IMG/VR virus record: IMGVR_UViG_3300006217_000023
Location: 1 to 64,000 of that record
Strand: one strand, 5' to 3'
Source of the DNA: a virus
Lineage: Duplodnaviria; Caudoviricetes
Length of the DNA: 64,000 nt
Every line of letters starts with the position of its first letter. Position 1 is the stretch's first letter. This document shows positions 1 through 9,668 of this stretch, one piece after another. The position numbers and the translations under genes are program-made. The notes under the pieces are model-generated. The model made no database searches. It saw only the letters and a program-made list of their open reading frames with translations, and was not told where the DNA came from.

Positions 1-251
1 GCATTGCTCTTGATATACGTATGTTCCATTATCTTTTTTTTATCTTACTTGGTACTTTTACTCTTTCCATTTCATTTACCTTCTTTCGTTTCTTCTTAAT
101 TCTTTATTTATTTTCTCTTGCCAATCTGCTATTCCTGTTATAAAATTTTTACAATTTCTAACCCCTTCAAATTCATTTTGTTGTAGTTTGTTACAGCCTA
201 AACAGTAATAACATAATTGGTCTTTCTCCATTTGTTTCATAATTGCCTCTT

Positions 252-578
252 TTATACTGATATGTGGTTCATATTTTCACTTACCATATCCTCCAATTTA
301 TTTACCTTTTCATATACAGCTACATTTTTACCTGTCCATTCACATTTCTTTTTATTTATTGTTTTTACTATTCCCATTTTTGCAAGTTCTGTTAAACGTG
401 GTGCTGTTACGTTTCTATCTGCTGTATTAGTTATTCCCATTTCATATAACTCTACAGCTATTTCTTTAGCTGTCTTTGGCTTGTCTAATCTATCTAATAT
501 TTGCTCATATCTTATCTTTTGTTTTTCTTGTATATCGTTAAACGACAATTGCCTTGTAACATTTGTTATAAAACTCAT
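252..578 (-). CDS. Phage protein, probable winged-helix DNA-binding
   Basis: ORF with RBS; KTAKEIAVEL...RLTEL pattern. Confidence 0.5.
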   Translation of the reverse strand: MSFITNVTRQLSFNDIQEKQKIRYEQILDRLDKPKTAKEIAVELYEMGITNTADRNVTAPRLTELAKMGIVKTINKKKCEWTGKNVAVYEKVNKLEDMVSENMNHISV

Positions 579-592
579 TTGTTCTCTCCTCT

Positions 593-1129
593 CTAACTTT
601 CTAATCTCTTTATATCCATATTGTTTGCCAATTTTTTTATTACTGTTTTAATATTCTCTGGTAACAATCTTTCTGCTTCTTCTCGTTTGGTTAAATTGTC
701 ATATTGTTTAAAGAAATTACTCCTTACAACATCCATATTAAAGTTATCATTGCTAGCATATGCTTTTAATTGATTCACACTACCTAAAAATCTTTTGCAT
801 ATTTCACTATGTGAATCAAATTCCTCTTGTGTCATATATATACCATTACATATCATCTTATAGCACTCATTCCAACTTTCTACTGCAGTGTTTTTTTGTG
901 GTGTTGTCAACTCTATCGCATTCTTCCTAATTTCGTGTATTGTCGGTATGTATGGACTTTTTATTATTGTCATCTTAACTGCTTTTGCTACTAGTTTGTA
1001 ATCTAAATCTCCTAAACACTCTAACCATGTATTTACCATCATTTCTTTTTGTTCTTTCGTTTTGTTGGAGATATTTTCATAATTACCCGCTAAAAATGTT
1101 ATTATCTTTATTGTTTCTACTCTGTTCAT
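593..1129 (-). CDS. Replicative helicase loader/inhibitor (G39P-like)
   Basis: N-terminus with W..L.D...V..A...I..S.Y.PTI.EIR pattern; follows the initiator gene. Confidence 0.6.
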   Translation of the reverse strand: MNRVETIKIITFLAGNYENISNKTKEQKEMMVNTWLECLGDLDYKLVAKAVKMTIIKSPYIPTIHEIRKNAIELTTPQKNTAVESWNECYKMICNGIYMTQEEFDSHSEICKRFLGSVNQLKAYASNDNFNMDVVRSNFFKQYDNLTKREEAERLLPENIKTVIKKLANNMDIKRLES

Positions 1130-1920
1130 ATTTCGCTTCCTCCATCAATTCTTTGAAGTCATTTATTCCATTGTTAATATTTTGTTTTTTAGCACTATCT
1201 TGTTTCACTCTATCTACAACCCAATTTAATATAGCTCTATAATCGCTATTGTACTTTTTCCCATTAGCTCCGCTTATAGTTATCAAGAACATTAATACAT
1301 TGGTCTGTAAAGTGTTTTCCATAAGTGTTTACTAACTTTTCGTATTCAACATTGGTCATGGAAACAAACTCTGCAAAGTGTATTTTTTCTTCTTGTTCCT
1401 TTTTTTCTTTTTTATTTTCTTTTATTTTACTTTCATTTATTTTATTTTCTTTTACTTTATTTTCCTTTACTTTACTTTGGTTTTTTTCGCTTTTACTTGG
1501 GTTTTCGTTCGGTTTGCATTCGGTTTCATTTTCAAAACCGTTGGGTTTTATTTGGGTTTTTGGTCTTCCTCCTAACTTGCCATTTTCTCTATTGGTTTCG
1601 CGTTTTTTTTCATATTCCATCATTCTATTTAATAATGATTTACTGTAAAATTGGCTTTCATCTTTAATAAATAATTTATAGTCTTCTATACAATCTTTTA
1701 TATATTTTTCAATTTCTATACTTGTATTAGTTAATGTTTTTATTGCTCTATATGTATTTTTGCTAAGTTCTAATTTATATGTTTCTTCATTTCTCATCAT
1801 TTCGATAATAGCCCAATATAGTCCATATCCTTCTAATCCATAATCTGCTCGCATATTTAGAATTTTTGTATCTGTAAGTGCATTACTATCATGAGAGAAA
1901 TAATATGTTTCTTTTGCCAT
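1083..1920 (-). CDS. Replication initiator (DUF4373-type N-terminus), joined by +1 shift at CGG 1270-1272; 278 aa
   Basis: YFSHDSNA...YGLEGYGLYW N-terminus; AAG-C-GGA-GCT-AAT links ORFs 1264-1935 and 1083-1322 into DNYKGANGKKY..DYRAILNWV. Confidence 0.75.
1420..1560. repeat. A-rich short repeats inside the initiator gene (possible origin iterons)
   Basis: Repeated AAACCGAA/AAACCCAA and AAAATAAA/AAAGTAAA units; phage origins often lie in initiator genes. Confidence 0.4.
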
Positions 1921-1992
1921 TACTCCTCCTTTCATTTGTTTAGGAATAATCGTGGGGCTAACGTGGGAGCGTTCTATTTAACCCCACTTACT

Positions 1993-2325
1993 TTATTTCA
2001 CTTGTCCCCATTCTCTATTTAGTTGATTTTCTAATATTCTTAATTTTAATTTTGTACTATTTATACTTTCTAAATTTGCTTGATATACTGCTTCCTTTAC
2101 ATCTCTATCAAATCGTAAATCTGCAACTTCTTTTACTCCATATATTATCTGATTTATTAAAGTAACTGGCATATTTTTTTCTGCTCTCAATTTAAGTGCC
2201 TCTTGTCTTAAACAAACTTTATATTTTCTTTCTGCCTCTGCTCTTTCTGTACCACTTCGCCTTAATTGTTTTACAGCTATATCAAGTTCATTTGTTAACC
2301 TTGTTATTTCTTGAAACAAATCCAT
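1993..2325 (-). CDS. Hypothetical phage protein (coiled coil)
   Basis: ORF in early operon with RBS. Confidence 0.7.
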   Translation of the reverse strand: MDLFQEITRLTNELDIAVKQLRRSGTERAEAERKYKVCLRQEALKLRAEKNMPVTLINQIIYGVKEVADLRFDRDVKEAVYQANLESINSTKLKLRILENQLNREWGQVK

Positions 2326-2333
2326 TTTTTCTC

Positions 2334-2870
2334 CTATTTCTTATATAAAAATACTCTTTTATTCTTATCATTCTTTATTGCTAATGCTGTTATTACTTTA
2401 TCTGTTATCTGTATTGCTTCAACATAAAATTTTGTATATGTAGTTTTTTTATTGTTTTTAGTTTTGATTTCATAGTTTTCTTTTCCTTCTTTATCCTTAT
2501 ATGGTATGTAAATTGTTGGTGCTGTATATAATTCTCTGCCTATTCCCCAATTAAACCCCGCTCTTTTAAAACTGTCTGATGCTTCTCCTTTTTCTGCTTC
2601 TGTAAAACTTTCCCTTCCACAATCCCATTTCGTAATCCATTGATTTTTTTCTTTATCCCAAATAGAAATTCCACAATATATATTATTTTTAAGCTCTTTA
2701 TGATCTCTTTGCCAATTTTCTGGTTTTACTGTTTCATCTAAAATATTTTGGTCTACTCTTGCATCTTTGTATAGAAGGATTGATACAAAGTTTTCATTAA
2801 ATATTGCTATTCTACAATCTATTTCATCTGATTTTAAATCTCTAAATTTATTTTCCATATTTGCCTCCAA
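2334..2870 (-). CDS. Sak/Rad52-like single-strand annealing protein
   Basis: LLYKDAR...KGEASDSFKRAGFNWGIGRELY motifs. Confidence 0.8.
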   Translation of the reverse strand: MEANMENKFRDLKSDEIDCRIAIFNENFVSILLYKDARVDQNILDETVKPENWQRDHKELKNNIYCGISIWDKEKNQWITKWDCGRESFTEAEKGEASDSFKRAGFNWGIGRELYTAPTIYIPYKDKEGKENYEIKTKNNKKTTYTKFYVEAIQITDKVITALAIKNDKNKRVFLYKK

Positions 2871-3380
2871 TTATTTGATTCTCAAATTTGTATTCTTTGT
2901 GTATATCATGACCCCATCTACTATTTCTCCTGTTGTTTTAAAATAATCGACTATTGCTTTTTTATCTACATTAGTTGTTATTACTTTTTCTTTAAACCCA
3001 TCTGGTATTTTATCTTCATTTGTTATTTCTACTGATATTGGACTTTGTGCAACTGTTAAAGTTCCAAGTGGTGTTTCTATCTTTTTAATTTTTAATACAT
3101 TCATATTTTGCTTTACTATTTCTTTAAACCTATCTACTTTGTTTTGTTCTCTCTTTTTATATTCTTGTAACTTCTTTATTTCTATATCTATTGCATCTAT
3201 TAGTGCTATTCTATCTTTTACATATCCTATTACACTTGTACTCTTTTTTTGTAGTTCTAATCTTAATTCATTCCATAGTTTATCATCTTCTTCTGGTTCT
3301 ATTGTTTTATCTTCTACTTTATCCATAAGTTCTATGAACTGATTTGGCTCATTATATAAACTCAAACTTTTTTCACTCAT
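2871..3380 (-). CDS. Siphovirus Gp157 family protein
   Basis: IDIEIKKLQEYKK...VDKKAIVDYFK.TGEIVDG pattern; adjacent to Sak. Confidence 0.8.
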   Translation of the reverse strand: MSEKSLSLYNEPNQFIELMDKVEDKTIEPEEDDKLWNELRLELQKKSTSVIGYVKDRIALIDAIDIEIKKLQEYKKREQNKVDRFKEIVKQNMNVLKIKKIETPLGTLTVAQSPISVEITNEDKIPDGFKEKVITTNVDKKAIVDYFKTTGEIVDGVMIYTKNTNLRIK

Positions 3381-3393
3381 ATTTTTATCCCTC

Positions 3394-3618
3394 CTATAAT
3401 GCATTTCGCATATATTCCCTATTCAAATATCTTTTTTCTTCTTCTGCTTCTTCTTGTAACTCGTTTTCTAGATTTTGATGTTCTTCTTCATATTTAGCTA
3501 CAATATCTAAAATATCGCTTTTAATGTCGTCTGAACTTATTCTGTTATATAGACCGTCTAATGTGTCAATAACATCATCTAGTTCGTCACATCTTTCTAA
3601 TTTCTCATCTATATCCAT
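3394..3618 (-). CDS. Hypothetical acidic phage protein
   Basis: ORF in early operon. Confidence 0.65.
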   Translation of the reverse strand: MDIDEKLERCDELDDVIDTLDGLYNRISSDDIKSDILDIVAKYEEEHQNLENELQEEAEEEKRYLNREYMRNAL

Positions 3619-3689
3619 AATTTTTCCTTTACTTTTTAATATTTTTGTTGTAAAATAAATATAGTTTGTTTACTAAAACTGTTATGAAG

Positions 3690-3941
3690 TTATTTGTTTT
3701 GACCGACGATAACTTCTTTTATTTTGTCTAACACTATAACTGCTGGTGTCTTTTCTCTTTCTGCTACTCTTAGTAGCATTTCAATTTCATGCAATTTTCT
3801 AAAATGTGTTACTGCTCTAAATTCTGCATTTTTTAGTTCTTCTAATAAGCTATATGTTTTGTCTTCTTTAAAACAAACTAACGCAATGCAAATTATTGCT
3901 ACTACTAAAATAATACTTAATAATATTGATAATATTGTCAT
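3690..3941 (-). CDS. Hypothetical protein with N-terminal TM helix
   Basis: ORF with RBS and hydrophobic N-terminus. Confidence 0.6.
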   Translation of the reverse strand: MTILSILLSIILVVAIICIALVCFKEDKTYSLLEELKNAEFRAVTHFRKLHEIEMLLRVAEREKTPAVIVLDKIKEVIVGQNK

Positions 3942-4186
3942 CTTCTTATTTCCTCCTTTTCATTTCTTTTAGTCTTAATTTAAGTCTTGCTAATGTTGTT
4001 ATGTGCCAAAAATAAATTTCATCTAACTTGTCCATGTTTCCTCCTTTCCTTTCTTCTTGATATTTTTCTATCTATATAATCTATAAATAGTCCTAAGTTG
4101 ATAAATATAAACATTAATAATACTAAATCTTCTGTTGTAAATAAGTTATATATGTTGTCTATCATTTGTTTTTCACTTCCTTTCAT

Positions 4187-4438
4187 TTAAATGATTGCTT
4201 TTGCCATTTCTTTAAGAACTTCTTTTTTATCTTCTTCTGATAATCCTAATTCAAATAGATATACTGCTCTTTTATCTGCTACTTGCTTAACTCCTGTTCC
4301 TTTAATTCTAGGAAATCCTTTGCTATTAAATATTTCCCTTGCTTTGTTTTCTCCTATTCCTCGCCATTCTGCATAATCATATGGTGTTATTGTGTCTGGT
4401 AAATCTGCGAATGTTATAGTAGATTTTTTAATTTTCAT
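4187..4438 (-). CDS. Excisionase-like HTH DNA-binding protein
   Basis: DLPDTITPYDYAEWRGIGENKAREIFNSKGFP, Xis/HTH_17-like. Confidence 0.6.
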   Translation of the reverse strand: MKIKKSTITFADLPDTITPYDYAEWRGIGENKAREIFNSKGFPRIKGTGVKQVADKRAVYLFELGLSEEDKKEVLKEMAKAII

Positions 4439-4515
4439 TTTATCGCCTCCTTTCATTTTTAATTGCATTATTCTTCGACTTTTTATGCTATAATCACCTA
4501 AATATTTAATGAAGG

Positions 4516-4863
4516 GTGGTGATTATTATGTCTGATATCAAATTATCTAAGGATAATGATTTACTTATTTGTACTTTGTACAAAAATTATCTTGAACAAG
4601 TAAAAAATGGTTCTTCTAAATCTAAAGCTCGTCAATTTGGGTCTTCTGATGAGCTACAAGAAACTTTATTTCCTACTTGGTCTAAAGATGATGTTGCAAC
4701 TTCTTGCTGGGAATTACATTCTAAAGGATTTTTAGATTGTCAACCTGGTGATGATATTGCAAATTATGTTTATATTACTGAGGAAGGTATCATTTATATG
4801 CAAAACCATAAATTGAATACCATAAAAGAAATTGCTGATTTTATTGATAAAATAAAGCCCTAA
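4516..4863 (+). CDS. Counter-oriented accessory gene (YjcQ/DUF2513-like small winged-helix protein)
   Basis: Clean ORF opposite to the early operon; ELHSKGFL...YITEEGIIY pattern. Confidence 0.55.
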   Translation: MVIIMSDIKLSKDNDLLICTLYKNYLEQVKNGSSKSKARQFGSSDELQETLFPTWSKDDVATSCWELHSKGFLDCQPGDDIANYVYITEEGIIYMQNHKLNTIKEIADFIDKIKP

Positions 4864-4868
4864 TTTTC

Positions 4869-5084
4869 TTAAGATAAAGCTACACTAATTATCAATAACA
4901 TCTGGATAGTATCAAGCACTTCTCTACTTGGTACTATTTCTTTTTCTAATTCTTTGTTAATAATCTTTAATAGCTTTTCATTGATTTTGTATAATTCCAA
5001 AATATTATTTACTTTAAATAGTTCCTTGTCGTTGTTATTTATTTTTTTAATTTTCTCTAATGTTTCTTTTGGGATATTTTCCAT
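4869..5084 (-). CDS. Hypothetical phage protein
   Basis: ORF with RBS. Confidence 0.55.
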   Translation of the reverse strand: MENIPKETLEKIKKINNNDKELFKVNNILELYKINEKLLKIINKELEKEIVPSREVLDTIQMLLIISVALS

Positions 5085-5121
5085 ACTTTCTCCTTTCTTG
5101 GTTGGATTGTTTTGTTGTTAT

Positions 5122-5517
5122 ACAACTTTAAGTTGTTTTATTGTTTAAAAAAATATCGGGTGCTAATTTTTCAATTTTTTCATTGAATACAGTTTCAAAT
5201 ATTTTAAAATACTTAGGTTGTATTCCTCTTTGACCATTTTCTATAAAGGAATAGTGTTGTTGCGTTATTCCTAATAAATCAGCCATTTCTTTTTGACTTC
5301 TATTTCCTCGTATTTCAATCATTTTATTTCTTACCATTTTCTCACCTCCACAACTTGTTGTTGTTTTTTATATTATCACAACTATTAGTTGTTGTCAACA
5401 ACTTTTTAATAATTTAAAATTTTATTTTTTAACTTTTTGTTGTAAGTATTGATTTTACTATATTCTCATACTATTAAAATTTTGCTATTATTTCACTTTA
5501 AAACAACTTGTTGTTGT
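5122..5517. promoter_or_regulatory. Operators ACAAC-N5-GTTGT of switch A (5122-5136, 5350-5364, 5378-5392, 5503-5517)
   Basis: Four exact 15-bp dyads read directly; three lie between cro and cI. Confidence 0.75.
5128..5337 (-). CDS. Cro-like XRE HTH regulator
   Basis: SQKEMADLLGITQQHYSFIENG; divergent from repressor. Confidence 0.85.
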   Translation of the reverse strand: MVRNKMIEIRGNRSQKEMADLLGITQQHYSFIENGQRGIQPKYFKIFETVFNEKIEKLAPDIFLNNKTT

Positions 5518-5571
5518 TTTATGTTTACTACTACAATTTGTTGTGTTATAATTTATTAATAGAGGTGAATT

Positions 5572-5898
5572 ATGTTAAAAATCAAAGAGTTAAGAGAAGA
5601 GAAACAACTTAGTCAACTTCAATTGGCTGAAAAACTTAATCTAACACAGCAAGCCATCAGTCTTTATGAAAAAGGTGAAAGAGAACCTAGCTTGGAAGTA
5701 ATAAAAAATATAGCTGATTTTTTTGGAGTAAGCACAGACTACCTTCTTGGTAAAACTGATATACGCAACTATGATAAAGATGAAGAAGAATTTAAATTTG
5801 CTTATCATAAAGAAATGGAAGGTTTAACAGATGATGAGATTGCAGACGCATTAAGATTTTATAAAGAAATGAAAAATAAAATGAAAGGAAATAAGTAG
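5572..5898 (+). CDS. CI/ImmR-like repressor
   Basis: XRE HTH LSQLQLAEKLNLTQQAISLYEKGEREP. Confidence 0.9.
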   Translation: MLKIKELREEKQLSQLQLAEKLNLTQQAISLYEKGEREPSLEVIKNIADFFGVSTDYLLGKTDIRNYDKDEEEFKFAYHKEMEGLTDDEIADALRFYKEMKNKMKGNK

Positions 5899-5909
5899 AA
5901 AACTTTATT

Positions 5910-6317
5910 ATGTACTGTATCTATTGTGGCAAAAATATTAATGATAATAGCAAATTTTGCTGTTATTGTGGATTAGAACAAAAATTAAAATCTGTACCTT
6001 TCAGCAATCCAAACTATGCTTTGATAGGTAATAGAAAAATTATTAATGACAATGCTTATTATAAAAAAGTATCAGATATGATATTAGAATTATATCGTAC
6101 TAATGGATTTAAGGTTGTTTTAAATGATATGAAAATAAAAAAGTATTATGCAGAATATTCTTTTAAATTTAGTGATATTTTAGATAAAGATATTTCAAGC
6201 GTTTCAGAATTAATCTACAATAAGTTCTTTGATATCAGCGGTATAACTATAAAATGTTCTGATAGTGTTAAAAATTTAGTAACTATTCGTTTTCCTTTGA
6301 AAATAGAGTATTATTAA
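5910..6317 (+). CDS. Zinc-ribbon domain protein
   Basis: CIYCG...KFCCYCG. Confidence 0.7.
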   Translation: MYCIYCGKNINDNSKFCCYCGLEQKLKSVPFSNPNYALIGNRKIINDNAYYKKVSDMILELYRTNGFKVVLNDMKIKKYYAEYSFKFSDILDKDISSVSELIYNKFFDISGITIKCSDSVKNLVTIRFPLKIEYY

Positions 6318-6344
6318 TTATTCTATAATATATGGAGCAATAAA

Positions 6345-6768
6345 ATGGAATTAAATAAATTATATAATATAGCAGAAAAAGAAAATATTAATGTATTTGA
6401 TTTTAAGATGAAAAATAAAGCTATTATAGGTTGTATTAATGATAATTATTGTATTGGAATTAATTATTCAAAAATACATACTTCTCGTGAAGAAAAAACA
6501 ATATTAGCAGAGGAGCTTGGTCACTATTATACTCGGTTCATTATATAATAGCAGTTATTCATTAGAGACTATAAGTAAAAAAGAGTTTAGAGCAACTAAA
6601 TATGCTTTCAAAATGTTAGTTCCGCTTCAAACTTTAAAAGAACTATATAGAAAAGGTATTGATAATATTTATGATATAGCTGATATATTAGACGTTGAAC
6701 CAACACTAATTGAAAAAGCTTATAATTATTATTTACAAAATTGTTTACTAAAGACAAATACTTTTTAA
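6345..6768 (+). CDS. ImmA/IrrE-family metalloprotease, joined by +1 shift at CGG 6534-6536; 140 aa
   Basis: AEELGHYYT then C-GGT-TCA continues GSLY...EFRATKYA; lies between repressor and integrase. Confidence 0.8.
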
Positions 6769-6798
6769 GTATTTGATTTTTTATGAAAGGAATATGCG

Positions 6799-7992
6799 AT
6801 GGCTAAGCGTGGAAATGGCGAAGGAACTATATATTATAGTGAAAAATTAAATAAATGGGTTGGCCAGTTTACTGCTGGCAGAAAAAATGATGGAAAAATA
6901 AATCGTAAATCTGTGTATGGTAGTACTAGAAAAGAAGTTAAAGAAAAAATGACAAAAGCATTATCAGATGTTCAAAATAAGAGTTTTATAGAAAAGAATA
7001 ATGTTACTATTTCGGAATTAGGTCAACAAATAATAGATAATAAATATAATGCTAATATCATTAAAGAATCTACTTATGGTAGAGCTTTGGGTACTTTTGA
7101 ACATATTAAAAATAGCAGTATAGCTGATGTTAATATTCAAGATATAACTGTATATGAATTACAAGAATTTATAAACTCTAAAAAAAATTATGCAAATTCT
7201 TATATAGACAAAATTTATGAAATGCTAGGAAGCATATTTAAAGAAGCTATAAAAAAAGATATTATACTAAAAAATCCTCTTTTAAATGTAATAAAACCCA
7301 AATCGACCAAAATAGATAAAGAGATTATTTCTTTTACTATTGAAGAGCAAAAATCTTTAGTTAATCATTTAGAAAATGAACAATATAAAAATATTTTTCT
7401 TGTTGCTTTGCATACTGGAATGAGAATTGGAGAAATATTGGCATTGAAACCAAGTGATATTGATTTTAACAATAAACTTATTAATATACACAAAACTCTA
7501 ACTAAGACAAAAACTGGAAAAGTTATTATTGGAGATACTACTAAGACTTATGAGTCAACACGCAAAATTCCCATAACAAGTATTTTAGAACCAATTTTAA
7601 AAGATAGTATTGGAAATTATACAGCCAATAAAAATAATCTTCTATTTTGTCATTTAAATGGGAATATAATAGCTCCATCTACAATTAATACTCAATTCAA
7701 AAAAATATGCAAAAACGCTAATATAAAAACAACAGTTGTAAAAAAGAAAAAAGGAATTGATAAAGATGGAAAAGATAAGTATGTAAACTTAAAAACTAGT
7801 AATGTTAACACACATATGTTAAGACATACATATGCAACAAGATGTATTGAAGCTGGTGTACCTGCTCCTGTCCTTCAAAATTTATTAGGTCATAAAGATA
7901 TCCAAACCACAATAAATACTTATACATCTATATTTAATAATTTTAAAACTGATGCATTAAATAATTACATTAATTATATTCAAAATATCTAG
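6799..7992 (+). CDS. int: Tyrosine integrase A
   Basis: HTGMRIGE, HMLRHTYAT, LGH and TINTY catalytic motifs. Confidence 0.95.
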   Translation: MAKRGNGEGTIYYSEKLNKWVGQFTAGRKNDGKINRKSVYGSTRKEVKEKMTKALSDVQNKSFIEKNNVTISELGQQIIDNKYNANIIKESTYGRALGTFEHIKNSSIADVNIQDITVYELQEFINSKKNYANSYIDKIYEMLGSIFKEAIKKDIILKNPLLNVIKPKSTKIDKEIISFTIEEQKSLVNHLENEQYKNIFLVALHTGMRIGEILALKPSDIDFNNKLINIHKTLTKTKTGKVIIGDTTKTYESTRKIPITSILEPILKDSIGNYTANKNNLLFCHLNGNIIAPSTINTQFKKICKNANIKTTVVKKKKGIDKDGKDKYVNLKTSNVNTHMLRHTYATRCIEAGVPAPVLQNLLGHKDIQTTINTYTSIFNNFKTDALNNYINYIQNI

Positions 7993-8249
7993 TTGCATTA
8001 AAATTGCATTATTTTCAAATAATAAAAACTCTGTATTATAGTTTTTATAACCATTACAGAGTTTTCTTACATTGGTGGGCAGAAATTAAATTACACTTTT
8101 TATCTTTTCATTTCTTTTTTTATATTTTTTTGTAATTCACTATTTTAGGCACTTTCAAAGATATATAGATTTAATTATTTTTTATACTTTTATTTCGTTT
8201 TTTATAACTTTTCTTTGGCGTTGCATTAAAAATTGCATTAAATGCAAAA
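7992..8249. other. attP-like site A: arm repeats TTGCATTAAA(A)ATTGCATTA on both sides of a putative core (~8067-8083)
   Basis: Repeats at 7992-8011 and 8220-8240; core reads TCTGCCCACCA on the minus strand (possible tRNA 3' end). Confidence 0.65.
8025..8065. terminator. Hairpin after integrase A
   Basis: AAAACTCTGTA...TACAGAGTTTT 11-bp inverted repeat. Confidence 0.65.
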
Positions 8250-8257
8250 TGAAATTA

Positions 8258-8401
8258 TTATAGTTTTCTTATATATCTATCTAATTTCTCTTTAAAGTTT
8301 TTAATTTGTAAGTCTTTACATATTTTTATTAAAAATTTTATAAATTCTTTTCTCTCTCCATATTTCTTACTTAATTCTTTTACTATTTCATTTTCTTCCA
8401 T
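8258..8401 (-). CDS. 47-aa att-adjacent protein
   Basis: Own translation MEENEIVKELSKKYGERKEFIKFLIKICKDL; resembles 47167-47331. Confidence 0.5.
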   Translation of the reverse strand: MEENEIVKELSKKYGERKEFIKFLIKICKDLQIKNFKEKLDRYIRKL

Positions 8402-8496
8402 ATCTTTTGTTCCTTTCTTTTCTTCTTTTTTGGTAATATTTTCTATATTATACAGCCAATATTTTACATTTTCAATATGGAACTCCCAGTTCCATA

Positions 8497-8730
8497 TTGC
8501 ATAATGATTGCAAAATTGGTCATAATATTTTTATGATAGTTTTTAAGATTAAAAAAATAAGAGAAAATAAAAGTATAAGTTTATATAAATTATCACAAGA
8601 AACTGGTATTTCTCGTGCTTATTTGCGTACTCTTGAAAATAATAAAAAGTGCAATCCTACCGTGTCTGTTTTATGTAAAATTGCAAAAGTTTTGAATGTT
8701 AACGTTAAAGATTTATTTGAAGAAAGATAG
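8497..8730 (+). CDS. XRE HTH regulator
   Basis: SLYKLSQETGISRAYLRTLENNKKCNPT. Confidence 0.85.
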   Translation: MHNDCKIGHNIFMIVFKIKKIRENKSISLYKLSQETGISRAYLRTLENNKKCNPTVSVLCKIAKVLNVNVKDLFEER

Positions 8731-8738
8731 CTATTACG

Positions 8739-8888
8739 CTATCTCTTATTCTCTTGTTCTTTGTAATATTGTACTATGTAGTTGTCTAATCTTTTACTCT
8801 GTGCTAATATTTTTTTATATTCTACATCATTATTTATCATCTGTTCTAGTTTAATTTTGTTTCTTAATATTAGTAATTTTAAATTCAT
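8739..8888 (-). CDS. Spo0E-like aspartyl-phosphate phosphatase (49 aa)
   Basis: Own translation ...KILAQSKRLDNYIVQY resembles the Spo0E SQ.LD..I..Y signature; AGGAGG RBS. Confidence 0.55.
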   Translation of the reverse strand: MNLKLLILRNKIKLEQMINNDVEYKKILAQSKRLDNYIVQYYKEQENKR

Positions 8889-9140
8889 ATATTTCCTCCT
8901 ACACTCATTTTATCATATTATGTAAATTAATTGTGTCGAAATATGTCGAGAATTATAGAAATATCTATTGCGTTTTTTCGTTATGTGTGATATAAGTATT
9001 ATAACGAAATTTAATAATTATTTGACGTTTCAAAATCGTTTTTAAGCTGTTTTTATTTATCACTAATATACTTTCATTACTTGATTTTTAGCAGTTTTGA
9101 AGCTATGTTGAAAAAAGTTTAGTTATTTTTGAAAAAACTA

Positions 9141-9170
9141 TTGACTTTACGTATATACGTATGGTATAAT
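9141..9170 (+). promoter_or_regulatory. SigA-type promoter overlapping palindrome TACGTATATACGTA (copy 1)
   Basis: TTGACT-18-TATAAT; palindrome at 9148-9161. Confidence 0.7.
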
Positions 9171-9196
9171 TCATATCAAGAAAGGAGGAAATGCTT

Positions 9197-9331
9197 ATGT
9201 TAAAAATATTTTTAGATATATTGAAACGAAGAAAACAACAAAAAAGATTACACAAGCAATTTCAAGATATTCAAAAATGGCAAAGCGAAATGTATTATCA
9301 AAAATCCCACAACGAACTAGATATACACTAA
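9197..9331 (+). CDS. 44-aa basic peptide
   Basis: AAGGAGG RBS; MLKIFLDILKRRKQQKRLHK. Confidence 0.5.
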   Translation: MLKIFLDILKRRKQQKRLHKQFQDIQKWQSEMYYQKSHNELDIH

Positions 9332-9339
9332 GCAAAGCC

Positions 9340-9370
9340 ATTCAGAGAAGAGATTATCTCTTCTCTGAAT
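9340..9370. terminator. 14-bp perfect hairpin
   Basis: ATTCAGAGAAGAGA-TTA-TCTCTTCTCTGAAT. Confidence 0.55.
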
Positions 9371-9383
9371 ATTATAAAAGGAG

Positions 9384-9596
9384 TTGATTAAAATGTCAAT
9401 AGATACTATTAATAATAAAAAATACAAAAGAAATTATCAAAGAGAAAGAGAAAAAGAAAAAGAAAAAATAACTACGAGACTTGTCAAAATTGATAAAAAT
9501 GTTTTTGAACAATTGCAAATTAAATTATCTAAAGATAATAAAAGCTTTAATGGTTTTGTGAAAGAACAAATTCAAAAATATTTAGAAAAAAAATAA
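9384..9596 (+). CDS. Probable ribbon-helix-helix DNA-binding protein
   Basis: TTRLVKIDKNVFEQL...SFNGFVKEQIQKYL. Confidence 0.5.
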   Translation: MIKMSIDTINNKKYKRNYQREREKEKEKITTRLVKIDKNVFEQLQIKLSKDNKSFNGFVKEQIQKYLEKK

Positions 9597-9603
9597 AAAG
9601 GTA

Positions 9604-9633
9604 TTGACTTTACGTATATACGTATGGTGTAAT
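9604..9633 (+). promoter_or_regulatory. SigA-type promoter with palindrome TACGTATATACGTA (copy 2)
   Basis: Near-identical to 9141-9170. Confidence 0.7.
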
Positions 9634-9668
9634 CTATTTAGAAAATATAAAAAAAGGAGATTAAAATT

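Larger units (their letters stand above)
1..8083. mobile_element. Phage block A: replication, recombination and lysogeny module ending in integrase A and attP-like site A
   Basis: Replication initiator, Sak, gp157, cro/cI, ImmA and tyrosine integrase in canonical temperate-phage order. Confidence 0.9.

Noticed and set aside
8067-8083. A tRNA gene at junction A
   Set aside because: Only about 11 nt resemble a tRNA 3' end; no cloverleaf is present.
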